A stretch of 11,532 nt of DNA from Selaginella moellendorffii (lineage: Eukaryota > Plantae > Lycopodiophyta): positions 1-11,532 of the forward strand of contig NW_003314572.1 in NCBI RefSeq assembly GCF_000143415.4, written 5' to 3'. Of the stretch, positions 1 to 7,914 are shown in pieces. A program made the translations under genes and the position numbers. The notes beneath the pieces are model-generated. The model was not told the DNA's origin. It saw only the letters and a program-made list of their open reading frames with translations, and ran no database searches. Position 1 is the stretch's first letter; each line of letters starts with the position of its first letter.

Positions 1-271
1 TAATGACGGGAGCTGCTTTCTCACGCACGGCGACGTGCAGTCACTCCGATCTGGGAAGTACGTTGCTCTGCTGAAAGTTGCCCGCCCTCGAAAGCTTTCC
101 AAGACGCAACTCCAGGCCATCACATTGGGAGTACTTGTTCCAACACTGTTCCTGCTGATAGTCTGTCTCGGATGGCACTGCCGGAGGAGAAATAAGCATG
201 ATGACGACGAGGGAGAAGAAGAAAGCACCTTGCAGCTATCCCTCATGGCGGGTATGCCCAGGCGCTTCAGT
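1..271 (+). repeat. Direct repeat of 9508-9778 (offset 9507 bp); right end of a duplicated segment
   Basis: 268/271 nt identical by manual comparison; identity stops abruptly after ...ggcgcttcagt. Confidence 0.95.
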
Positions 272-289
272 ACGAGATGCTGGGCTTGA
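2..289 (+). pseudogene. 3' part of a truncated G-type lectin S-domain RLK (copy C'): end of PAN domain, TM and juxtamembrane, with no kinase domain; 5' end lies outside the window
   Basis: Frame from nt 2 reads NDGSCFLTHGDVQSLRSGKYVALLK...AITLGVLVPTLFLLIVCLGW(TM)HCRRRNK...MPRRFS, then switches to unrelated TRCWA* (TGA 287-289). Nt 1-271 match 9508-9778 with 3 mismatches (positions 95, 146, 256). Confidence 0.9.
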
Positions 290-1972
290 ACGCCAGGAAG
301 AACCGGGTGACGGTGGCGGGCTGGATGACGGCCGTGTCCTTCCACCCGACTTGATCCACGTCGGCTCCCTGTGCCTCGCCCGTGTAGCAGCTCCTCGAGT
401 CCGGATAGTCGTACTCGAACGAGCACGACCCGGCAGCGAATCGCCCGGTGTCGAATCCCTGCTGCTCGAGCACGAGAAAGTTGATGAGATGGATGTGGAT
501 CGGATGGGATGCTGTCATGGTGTTGATCATGCACCACACCTCGTTCGTGTAGAGCAGGACTTGCTCGGTGGCCGGACGCATGAAAGAGAGCCTGTCCTGG
601 AGGAAGAGTCCCGTGAGCGTGTTTCCAGAGTCGAGGCTTACACGGTGGACGAAAGGCCGGTTCTAAGTTGACGCCCAGTCGACGTACGAGAGATCTACTC
701 CGGCCGTGGCTTTGATGATCGATAGCGTTGGCAACTCGGCCAGCTCGCTTGGAGTGAGTGCTTGCGGGATGTCATCGTCGTCTTCGTCGATGGTAGCGTT
801 GGTCTGCCAGTTGATTACTTTGAACAGGAGAACCTCTTGCTCGGTGACGCTTCCACTCGGGAATGGAGCCGGCGCGGTGTTGTACAAGAGAACTCTCTCC
901 CCGGGCTTCACTCCGCGAAAGTCGATAAGAATGTCGACTCGCTCGGAAGGAGAGAGCCTGAGCTTCTTCTGCCTTATCGGAGTCGCCAGGTATCCCCCGT
1001 CCGTGCCAATCTTGATGAAGCTCAAGCTCGTGTCGTTCAAGTTGAGGATGAAGAATCTCGAGTTTGCCGCAAGCAGCACCCGGAACCTCACCACCACCGG
1101 CCAGACTTCGATGTAAGGCCACACCTTCCCGTTCACCAGAATGGTATCACCAAAGTAGTCCGGACACCACTGCGGACGAACTGCCGGATGGCTCCCAACA
1201 CTGGGATAGTTTATGGAGCCGTCGCTGAAGAACTTCTTGTCTTGGATCACCAGAAGCACGTAGTTTCTCGGGACCCAGGATGGATCTTCCCACGGCGACT
1301 CTATCACGTAAACTCCGACCAAGCCAGCAGCCATGTTGAGCCGGGTCATGCCGTAAGTGTGGTCGTGATACCACAGGAGCGAGTGGCGCTGAAAGTTGGG
1401 ATAGACGTAGTTTTGCGTCACGTAACCCGGGCCCCGCTCGCCAACTGATGTAAACCAGGCTTCTGGATGCCCGTCGGACCAGCTCGAGCCCTCTTGTCCA
1501 TGGAGATGAGGGACCACGGGAATGTAGCCGTAGCGCGGACCCGCCCCTAGGATCGTATAGTCGACTGGAAGAAAGTGTTCACGATCTGGAATGTGATTTT
1601 CCCATCGGACAAAGGATGTTTCTCTCTTTTGGGCTATCAAAGTTGGACCCGGATATGAAGCTGTATACTCGCTCGTGCCGAATGCATACAGTGTTGTTGG
1701 TGGCAAGTCTCTGTGCAGTTTCTGCGTCAACAAAAAAAAACGAGTCTTGGAAGAGTCTGGAAATCAAGTGGAGAAAGAACGCATACCTGGGTGATTTTGT
1801 AAGCTCCAATGGTAACTCTGTAGCGTGGGCTCAAGTATATCTTCGGTGGCGTTGGAAGAACGTCGACGAACTTTTCCAGCTCCGGGGACGGTGACAGTTG
1901 CAGACAGACCTCATCCGCTTCTACTGCGACTAAAATCTCGAGGATGAACAGCGTTACGAACTTCCAAGACAT
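267..1972 (-). pseudogene. LPR1-like: LPR1/LPR2-like multicopper oxidase (CotA/bilirubin oxidase type), 2 exons (1972-1787, 1721-267); premature TAG at 665-663 and C-terminal truncation
   Basis: ATG at 1972 gives a signal peptide (MSWKFVTLFILEILVAVEA), then LEKFVDVLP...KLHRDLPPT..YAFGTS, typical of LPR. Copper motifs: HLHG (~1497-1508), WYHDH (1359-1373) and HPIHIHL (~489-506). PQWCPDYFGD and GWKDT are also present. ORFs 663-1733 and 267-581 share one frame separated by a single TAG. The final HCHxxxHED motif is absent because the gene ends at the 270-271 junction. Confidence 0.9.
1722..1786 (-). other. Spliceosomal intron (65 nt, phase 0) of the multicopper oxidase gene
   Basis: Donor CAG|GTATGC, T-rich tract and acceptor GCAG|AAA. 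Splicing joins ...GAYKITQ to KLHRDLP in frame. Confidence 0.9.
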
Positions 1973-2122
1973 TGGGAACTCTTCCAACCTGCTTGCAACA
2001 CTTGCCGAACTTAAATAAAGTCAGTCAAAGAAGTGAACCTGGCGTGCAAAGTCTTGTCCAAAGAGCGTGACACAGCTCGCTGGGAGTTCAAATAATTCAG
2101 CGCTTGAGAGGCCGAAAAAATA
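1973..2122. promoter_or_regulatory. 150-bp divergent (probably bidirectional) promoter between the oxidase and RLK-A, with tandem W-box cores
   Basis: Start codons at 1972(-) and 2123(+). AAGTCAGTCAAA at 2018-2029 reads TTTGACTGACTT on the minus strand. The block tgcaaagtcttgtccaaagagcgt (2045-2068) is conserved upstream of the other RLK copies. Confidence 0.6.
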
Positions 2123-4642
2123 ATGGCTAGCAAAGGAAAGTTGTGCTTCATTGTCTCGTCGATCTTCATCCTGCGTTTTGCTCAAGCCGCAATTTCCTAT
2201 AGGAGTTTCACCATCAACATAAATGATTCCTTCTTGTTTCCGCTTGATCCATCCGGGTTGAGTGGCCGCGACGCTGATTTATGGTCCAACTACACTGACA
2301 CGGACATGAGCTACCAGGTGTGGATGCTGAGCTATGACGCCACAACACCAAGATCGTTCTTCCTGGCACTTGTTGGAATTCTCAATCCAAGTAAGCCCTG
2401 GGAACTCTTAAAACCGGTGGTTCTGTGGAAGGCCCGACAGACGAGGCTTGTAGGTGAGAATGCCACTCTACAATTTACCACAGATGGAGAGCTTAAAGTC
2501 GAAGAAGACGGTGATGTCGTATGGTCCACGAAAACTGCAAACAGAGGCGTCCGGTGGCTCTGTATTTCCAATCGCGCAACCATAATGCTCCTGGATGAAA
2601 GCGGAAGCAATGTCATCTGGCAAAGCAGCGACGAACCTTCTGACACTGTGCTGTTGCAACGAGCACTTACGCCGGGACAAAAGCTCGTAAGTTGGAATAC
2701 TTCAGAAGACAGCAGCGATGGCCTCTATAGTCTCGTCATGGAGAAAAACAGGCTGCAACTGTTGTACGCCTCGCAACCGTACTGGAGCTTCGGTAATATT
2801 GGCAGCGAGGAAAACATGTTTGCGGTGTTTTGCTGGCAAAACGATGGTAACGTGTCTCTGGATCTGCGCACCGACTTCTCACAGATTGAAACGATGCCTG
2901 ATGAATTGGGGTTAGTGCCTTCCCGGTCATGTTCTAGTCGAGGTTTAAGAGACCAAGTGATGCCGTTGAACGTAAACGGGTCACAGTTCACGTCCTCCAC
3001 TTTCATAAGGCTCACACCAGATGGAGATGTGGACCTGTACTCCTGGAATTGGACGGGTAGCTACTGGGCAACTTATCTCAGCTTTTCCAGTCTCTTCAAC
3101 TGCTTCCTTCCAAGTGCATGCGGGAAGTATAGAACCTGTAATCCAGTGTCAGGTGCATGCGAGGAAACTTGTCCCGAGAGCTTTACCAGGACAGGTCGAG
3201 ATTGCCAGCCATTGAGTAAACTTCAGACGTGTGCAGAGGACCTCGAGTATCGATTCGTTCGAAAGGAGGGAGCTGGTTACTTCTCCACAAATTATACTGA
3301 TCCACTCAATGTTGCATCGGAAGCAGACTGTCAAGGGCGCTGTGAGTCGAACTGCAACTGCACGGCTGCCTTTTATAGTGACCGGAGCTGCTTTCTCGCT
3401 CATGGAGACGTACAATCGCTTCGAACTGGAAAATACGTTGCGTTATTGAAAGTTGCACAGCCACGAAAAGCATCCAGGAAGCACGTCCAGGCCATCACCT
3501 TGGGAGTACTTATTCCGACACTCGTCCTTCTGATTATAAGTCTCGGATGGCGCTGCCGAAGGAGCAAGAACGATGATGACGAGGGAGAAGAAGAAAGCAC
3601 CTTGCAGCTCTCTCTCATGGCTGGCATGCCAAGGCGTTTTAGTTACCAAGAGCTGCAACAAGTCACAGGAAACTTCAGTGAAATGCTTGGAAATGGAGGA
3701 TTTGGAAGCGTGTTCAAAGGAAACCTTGCCGATGGAATTGAGGTCGCTGTGAAGAAACTTGAAGGCTCCAACCAGAGGAGCAAAGATTTTTTCGCCGAAG
3801 TTGGAATCCTAGCCAGGACGCACCACTGGAACCTCGTCAAGCTGCTGGGATTCTGTGCCCAGGGTCCAAGGAAAAGGCTCCTGGTGTACGAATATATGAG
3901 GAACGGGTCCCTCGACCGATGGATATTTGAAGACGATGAATATCCTGGCAATGTGCCGTGGGGAGTTAGATACAACATTGCCTTGGGCACAGCAAGAGGA
4001 TTGAGCTACTTACATGACGAATGCGCTGAAAAGATAATCCACTTGGACTTGAAGCCGGAGAATGTGCTCCTCGACGATGGTTTCCAGCCGAAAATAGCAG
4101 ATTTCGGACTGTCCAGGCTCATGGACAGGAAGGAAAGCCACTTGCAGCTGACGATAACGAGAGGCACTCCTGGCTACGTCGCACCGGAGTGTGTTCAGGA
4201 AGGAACAGTGACTGAAAAATCGGATGTTTTCGGCTTCGGGGTATTGCTGCTCGAGATCATAACAGGTTGCAGGAGCAGGAATCTCTCGGATGATTTCCTG
4301 AAGGACTACCTGTTGGTCAGTGAAAGGGACGAGAAGGCTGTTGCTCACCTCCACCAAGACGACAAGGAAAGAGAGAGATTGAAGACCGTGGTAAGTTTGT
4401 GTGTCCGAGACGATCCAGACTTACGGCCCTCGATGATGAACGTGGTACCAATGATGCAAGGAGTTATTAAGCTTCCTCAGATCCCCTCGGAGTCGCAGCT
4501 CCAGTTCTTCCTCGCTTACAGATCCAAACTTCAGCTTAGCAGAAGCACAACCTCGGACGTACCTCAGTACAGTTCTAATAAGTTGCTGGGTTCGTCAACG
4601 TCGTTTGGATTTCTCTCACAAGAGAGCCTGGGTTGTCGATAA
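2123..4642 (+). CDS. G-type lectin S-receptor-like Ser/Thr kinase (SD2-type), copy A, 839 aa, intronless
   Basis: Signal peptide; B-lectin (LWKA..., L.FTTDGEL, VVWST, IWQSSDEPSDTVL); EGF-like (CFLPSACG..C); PAN (CQGRCESNCNCTAAFY); TM; RRFSYQEL; kinase motifs LGNGGFGSVFKG, VAVKKL, IIHLDLKPEN, DFG, RGTPGYVAPE, RPSM. Confidence 0.96.
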   Translation: MASKGKLCFIVSSIFILRFAQAAISYRSFTININDSFLFPLDPSGLSGRDADLWSNYTDTDMSYQVWMLSYDATTPRSFFLALVGILNPSKPWELLKPVVLWKARQTRLVGENATLQFTTDGELKVEEDGDVVWSTKTANRGVRWLCISNRATIMLLDESGSNVIWQSSDEPSDTVLLQRALTPGQKLVSWNTSEDSSDGLYSLVMEKNRLQLLYASQPYWSFGNIGSEENMFAVFCWQNDGNVSLDLRTDFSQIETMPDELGLVPSRSCSSRGLRDQVMPLNVNGSQFTSSTFIRLTPDGDVDLYSWNWTGSYWATYLSFSSLFNCFLPSACGKYRTCNPVSGACEETCPESFTRTGRDCQPLSKLQTCAEDLEYRFVRKEGAGYFSTNYTDPLNVASEADCQGRCESNCNCTAAFYSDRSCFLAHGDVQSLRTGKYVALLKVAQPRKASRKHVQAITLGVLIPTLVLLIISLGWRCRRSKNDDDEGEEESTLQLSLMAGMPRRFSYQELQQVTGNFSEMLGNGGFGSVFKGNLADGIEVAVKKLEGSNQRSKDFFAEVGILARTHHWNLVKLLGFCAQGPRKRLLVYEYMRNGSLDRWIFEDDEYPGNVPWGVRYNIALGTARGLSYLHDECAEKIIHLDLKPENVLLDDGFQPKIADFGLSRLMDRKESHLQLTITRGTPGYVAPECVQEGTVTEKSDVFGFGVLLLEIITGCRSRNLSDDFLKDYLLVSERDEKAVAHLHQDDKERERLKTVVSLCVRDDPDLRPSMMNVVPMMQGVIKLPQIPSESQLQFFLAYRSKLQLSRSTTSDVPQYSSNKLLGSSTSFGFLSQESLGCR

Positions 4643-4804
4643 TTGGATAGTGCTCAGTACCTATACAATGATATGTAAGTAATTCATACCTTGTGCCCAG
4701 TATATCCGTTACAGTCCACAAGAGTTGTATAGCAATCCTAACTTGAAGAAGGAGCTTGCTTCTTCCCGATCTGGAAATTTGCAAAGAAAGTAAGAAAACA
4801 AACC

Positions 4805-5099
4805 TGCAACGACTTGCTCAAGAGCTCGTGCTTCGAAATCGAGCGAGCCAAAGTAATCAAGCAAATGGCTAGCCTGCTTTTGACTCAAGTGACACTCTTC
4901 TACTGGAACTCAAGTATACCTTTGATCGAACTTCTCCAGTTCAGACACATCCCATTGGCTTTCACCACGAACAAAATTTCCCGCCGTTTCTAAAGCGATT
5001 CCTCTCTCACCACAGCTTTCGCTAAACTGGAAAGAAAAGAAAAAAAAGAGAGGGGGAGTCGAAGGAAAACAAAATCTGTGAGAAGATTTCTCGTACCTG
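4805..5099 (+). pseudogene. Deletion-collapsed relic of an RLK paralog (promoter block, ATG and ectodomain remnants); contains a 42-aa ORF at 4865-4993
   Basis: tgcaacgacttgctcaagagctcgt (4805-4829) resembles the RLK promoter block. ATGGCTAGC at 4865 equals the start of copy A. It is followed in order by QVTLFYWN (cf. RAELYYRN), gtatacctttgatcga (cf. gtatccgcttgatcca, YPLDP), LAFTT (as in copy B) and, more weakly, agaagatttctcgtac (cf. RRFSY). Confidence 0.6.
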
Positions 5100-5129
5100 A
5101 TTCCTACGGATTTCCTTCAACCTGTTAAA

Positions 5130-5214
5130 GCATATCCACATAAACTCAAGTCAGTCACAAAGCTCGGCTATAACCAAGTCTAAACGTATCTGCAAAGACT
5201 TGTTCAAAGCGCGT
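5130..5214 (+). promoter_or_regulatory. Proximal promoter elements of RLK-B: P1BS-like GCATATCC, AAGTCAGTCA (TGAC cores) and conserved block ending in a CGCG box
   Basis: GCATATCC at 5130-5137. AAGTCAGTCA at 5148-5157 is identical to 2018-2027. tgcaaagacttgttcaaagcgcgt at 5191-5214 is 21/24 identical to 2045-2068. Confidence 0.5.
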
Positions 5215-5266
5215 TGGAACATCCAAGTATTTGAGCGCCGGAGCCGCAAGAGAGGTCGAGAACTCC

Positions 5267-7774
5267 ATGGCTACCAAAGGAGAGCTGTGCTTCATCTTCT
5301 CGTCGATCTTCATCCTGGGATTTTCTCGAGCGGAACTGTACTACAGGAATTTCACCAGTGAAGTAAATGGTCCCCTGTATCCGCTTGATCCATCCGGCTT
5401 GAGTGGCCGCTACACTGATTTATGGTCCAACTACACCGACACGGACATGAGCTTCCAGGTGTGGATGCTGAGCTATGACGCCACAACACCAAGATCGTTC
5501 TTCCTGGCACTGGTTGGAATTCGCAATCCAAGTAAGCTCTGGGACCTCACAAAACCGGTCGTTCTGTGGAAGGCCCGTCAGACGAGGCTTGTAGGAGAGA
5601 ATGCCACTCTAGCATTCACCACCGATGGAGAGCTCAAGCTTGAAGAAGATGGCGACGTTGTCTGGTCCTCCAACACCACAAACAAAGGCGTCCGGTGGCT
5701 TGCCATATCCGACAGCGCGACCATAATGCTCCTGGATGAAAGTGAAAGCAATGTCATCTGGCAAAGTAGCGACGAACCTTCTGACACTGTGCTGTTGCAA
5801 CGAGCGCTTAAGCCGGGATATAAGCTCGTAAGTTGGAATACTTCAGAAGACAGCAGCGACGGCCTGTATAGCCTTGTCATGGAGAAGAACAGGCTCAAAC
5901 TGCTATACGACTCGCAACCATACTGGAGCTTCGGTAATATTACAAGAGAGGAAGATATGTTTGCGGTCTTCTGCTGGCAGCCAAATGGAGTCGTGTCCCT
6001 GGATCTCCGAACTAATTTCTCACAGATAGAAGGTGCGGGCTTGGTACAGCCGGAGTCTTGTGCCATACCTGGTTCTGAAGACCAAGCGATGCAGCTGCCA
6101 ATAAACGGGTCACAGTTCACGTCCTCCACTTTCATAAGGCTCACACCAGATGGAGATGTGGACCTGTACTCCTGGAATTGGACGGGTAGCAACTGGGTGA
6201 CTTATCTCAGCTTTTCCAATCACTTCAAGTGCTTCCTTCCAAGTGCATGCGGGAAATATAGAACCTGTAATCCAACATTAGGTACATGCGAAGATACTTG
6301 TCCCGAGAGCTTTACCAAGAAAGATGAAGATTGCCAGCCATCGTTTCCACTTCAGATGTGTGAGGAGGAGATGGAGTATCGATTCGTTCGGAAGGAGGGA
6401 ACTGATTACTTCTCCACAAATTATACTGATCCACTCAATGTTGCATCGGAAGAAGATTGTCAAGGGTTGTGTGAGTCGAATTGCAACTGCACGGCTGCCT
6501 TCTATAGTGACCGGGCCTGCTTTCTCGTGCATGGAGACGTGCAATCACTTCGAACTGGAAAATACGTTGCGTTATTGAAAGTTGCACAGCCACGAAAGAA
6601 TTCCAGGAAGCACGTCCAGGCCATCACCTTGGGAGTACTTATTCCAACAGTCGTCCTACTGATAGTAAGCCTCGGATGGCGCTGCCGGAGGAACAAGGAA
6701 GATGACGACGAGGGAGAAGAAGAAAGCACCTTGCAGCTCTCTCTCATGGCTGGCATGCCGAGGCGTTTTAGTTACCAGGAGCTCCAGCAAGTCACAGGGA
6801 ACTTCAGTGATAGACTGGGAAGCGGAGGATATGGAAGCGTGTTCAAAGGAAAACTTACCGATGGAACTGAAGTCGCTGTGAAGAAACTCGAAGGCTCCAA
6901 CCAGAGGAGCAAAGACTTTTTCGCCGAAGTTGGAATCCTAGCCAGGACGCACCACTGGAACCTCGTCAAGCTGCTGGGATTCTGTGCCCAAGGTCCCAGG
7001 AAAAGGCTCCTTGTGTACGAATATATGAAGAACGGGTCCCTGGAGCGATGGATATTTGAAGACGATAGAAAGCCTGGCAGTTTTACATGGGACGTTAGAT
7101 ACAACATTGCCTTGGGCACAGCAAGAGGATTGAGTTACTTACATGACGACTGCGCTGAGAGGATCATCCACCTGGACCTGAAGCCGGAGAATGTGCTCGT
7201 CGACGATGGTTTCCAGCCGAAGATAGCCGACTTCGGATTGTCCAAGCTCATGGACAGGAAGGAAAGCCAGCTACAACTGACAATTGCGAGAGGCACCCCT
7301 GGATACGTCGCACCCGAGTGTGTTCAGGAAGGAACGGTGACTGAGAAAACCGACGTTTTCGGCTACGGGGTACTGCTGCTCGAGATGTTAACAGGTTGCA
7401 AGAACAGGAACCTCTCAAGTGATTACCTGAAGGACTTCTTGTTAGTCAGTGGACAGAACGACAGTGCTGCTGCTCACCTCCATCAAGACGAGAAGAAAAG
7501 AGAAAGATTGAAGAACGTTGCAGCCTTGTGCGTCCAAGACGATCCAGATTTACGGCCCTCGATGAGCAACGTGGTACAAATGATACTGGGAGTTACTGAG
7601 CTGCCTCAAATGCCCTCGCGATCACAGCTGAATTTCTTTCTTGCTTACAGATCCAAAGAGCACTTGAACAGGAGCTCAGGCTCGGACGTCTCGCATAGGA
7701 GTTTTGATAAGTTGCTGGATTCATCGATGTCATCGACGTCATTTGCAATTTTCTCACAAAATAGTGGTCGATAG
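5267..7774 (+). CDS. G-type lectin S-receptor-like Ser/Thr kinase (SD2-type), copy B, 835 aa, intronless
   Basis: The true start is ATG 5267 (MATKGELCFIFSSIFILGFSRA, homologous to A); the TTG start at 5231 in the ORF track is a non-ATG extension. Domain order is the same as A and the kinase motifs are intact. Confidence 0.96.
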   Translation: MATKGELCFIFSSIFILGFSRAELYYRNFTSEVNGPLYPLDPSGLSGRYTDLWSNYTDTDMSFQVWMLSYDATTPRSFFLALVGIRNPSKLWDLTKPVVLWKARQTRLVGENATLAFTTDGELKLEEDGDVVWSSNTTNKGVRWLAISDSATIMLLDESESNVIWQSSDEPSDTVLLQRALKPGYKLVSWNTSEDSSDGLYSLVMEKNRLKLLYDSQPYWSFGNITREEDMFAVFCWQPNGVVSLDLRTNFSQIEGAGLVQPESCAIPGSEDQAMQLPINGSQFTSSTFIRLTPDGDVDLYSWNWTGSNWVTYLSFSNHFKCFLPSACGKYRTCNPTLGTCEDTCPESFTKKDEDCQPSFPLQMCEEEMEYRFVRKEGTDYFSTNYTDPLNVASEEDCQGLCESNCNCTAAFYSDRACFLVHGDVQSLRTGKYVALLKVAQPRKNSRKHVQAITLGVLIPTVVLLIVSLGWRCRRNKEDDDEGEEESTLQLSLMAGMPRRFSYQELQQVTGNFSDRLGSGGYGSVFKGKLTDGTEVAVKKLEGSNQRSKDFFAEVGILARTHHWNLVKLLGFCAQGPRKRLLVYEYMKNGSLERWIFEDDRKPGSFTWDVRYNIALGTARGLSYLHDDCAERIIHLDLKPENVLVDDGFQPKIADFGLSKLMDRKESQLQLTIARGTPGYVAPECVQEGTVTEKTDVFGYGVLLLEMLTGCKNRNLSSDYLKDFLLVSGQNDSAAAHLHQDEKKRERLKNVAALCVQDDPDLRPSMSNVVQMILGVTELPQMPSRSQLNFFLAYRSKEHLNRSSGSDVSHRSFDKLLDSSMSSTSFAIFSQNSGR

Positions 7775-7914
7775 TTAAACCGGAGTATAATTTAAACGTA
7801 GGTATAGTATTGCCTCTGAAAATCACAAAATTTGTTGAGGCTCATTCTTTGTCAAAGAAGTAAAAATATACCTTCGGAGGAAGTATTTCGTCCTTGTTCA
7901 ACAAGAGAATCGCC

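Noticed and set aside
198-671. 157-aa plus-strand ORF spanning the junction, and 228-aa ORF 762-1448
   Set aside because: These are shadow frames of the RLK fragment and antisense frames of the GC-rich oxidase CDS, with no recognisable domain.
267-1972. Bacterial contamination or recent horizontal transfer of cotA
   Set aside because: The gene has a spliceosomal intron and plant LPR-type motifs, and is contiguous with plant RLK genes.
5029-5075. Purine/A-rich tract as a retroelement poly(A) tail or polypurine tract
   Set aside because: No target-site duplication, LTR or TE coding remnant is visible. It is better explained as relic juxtamembrane sequence or a minus-strand polypyrimidine tract.
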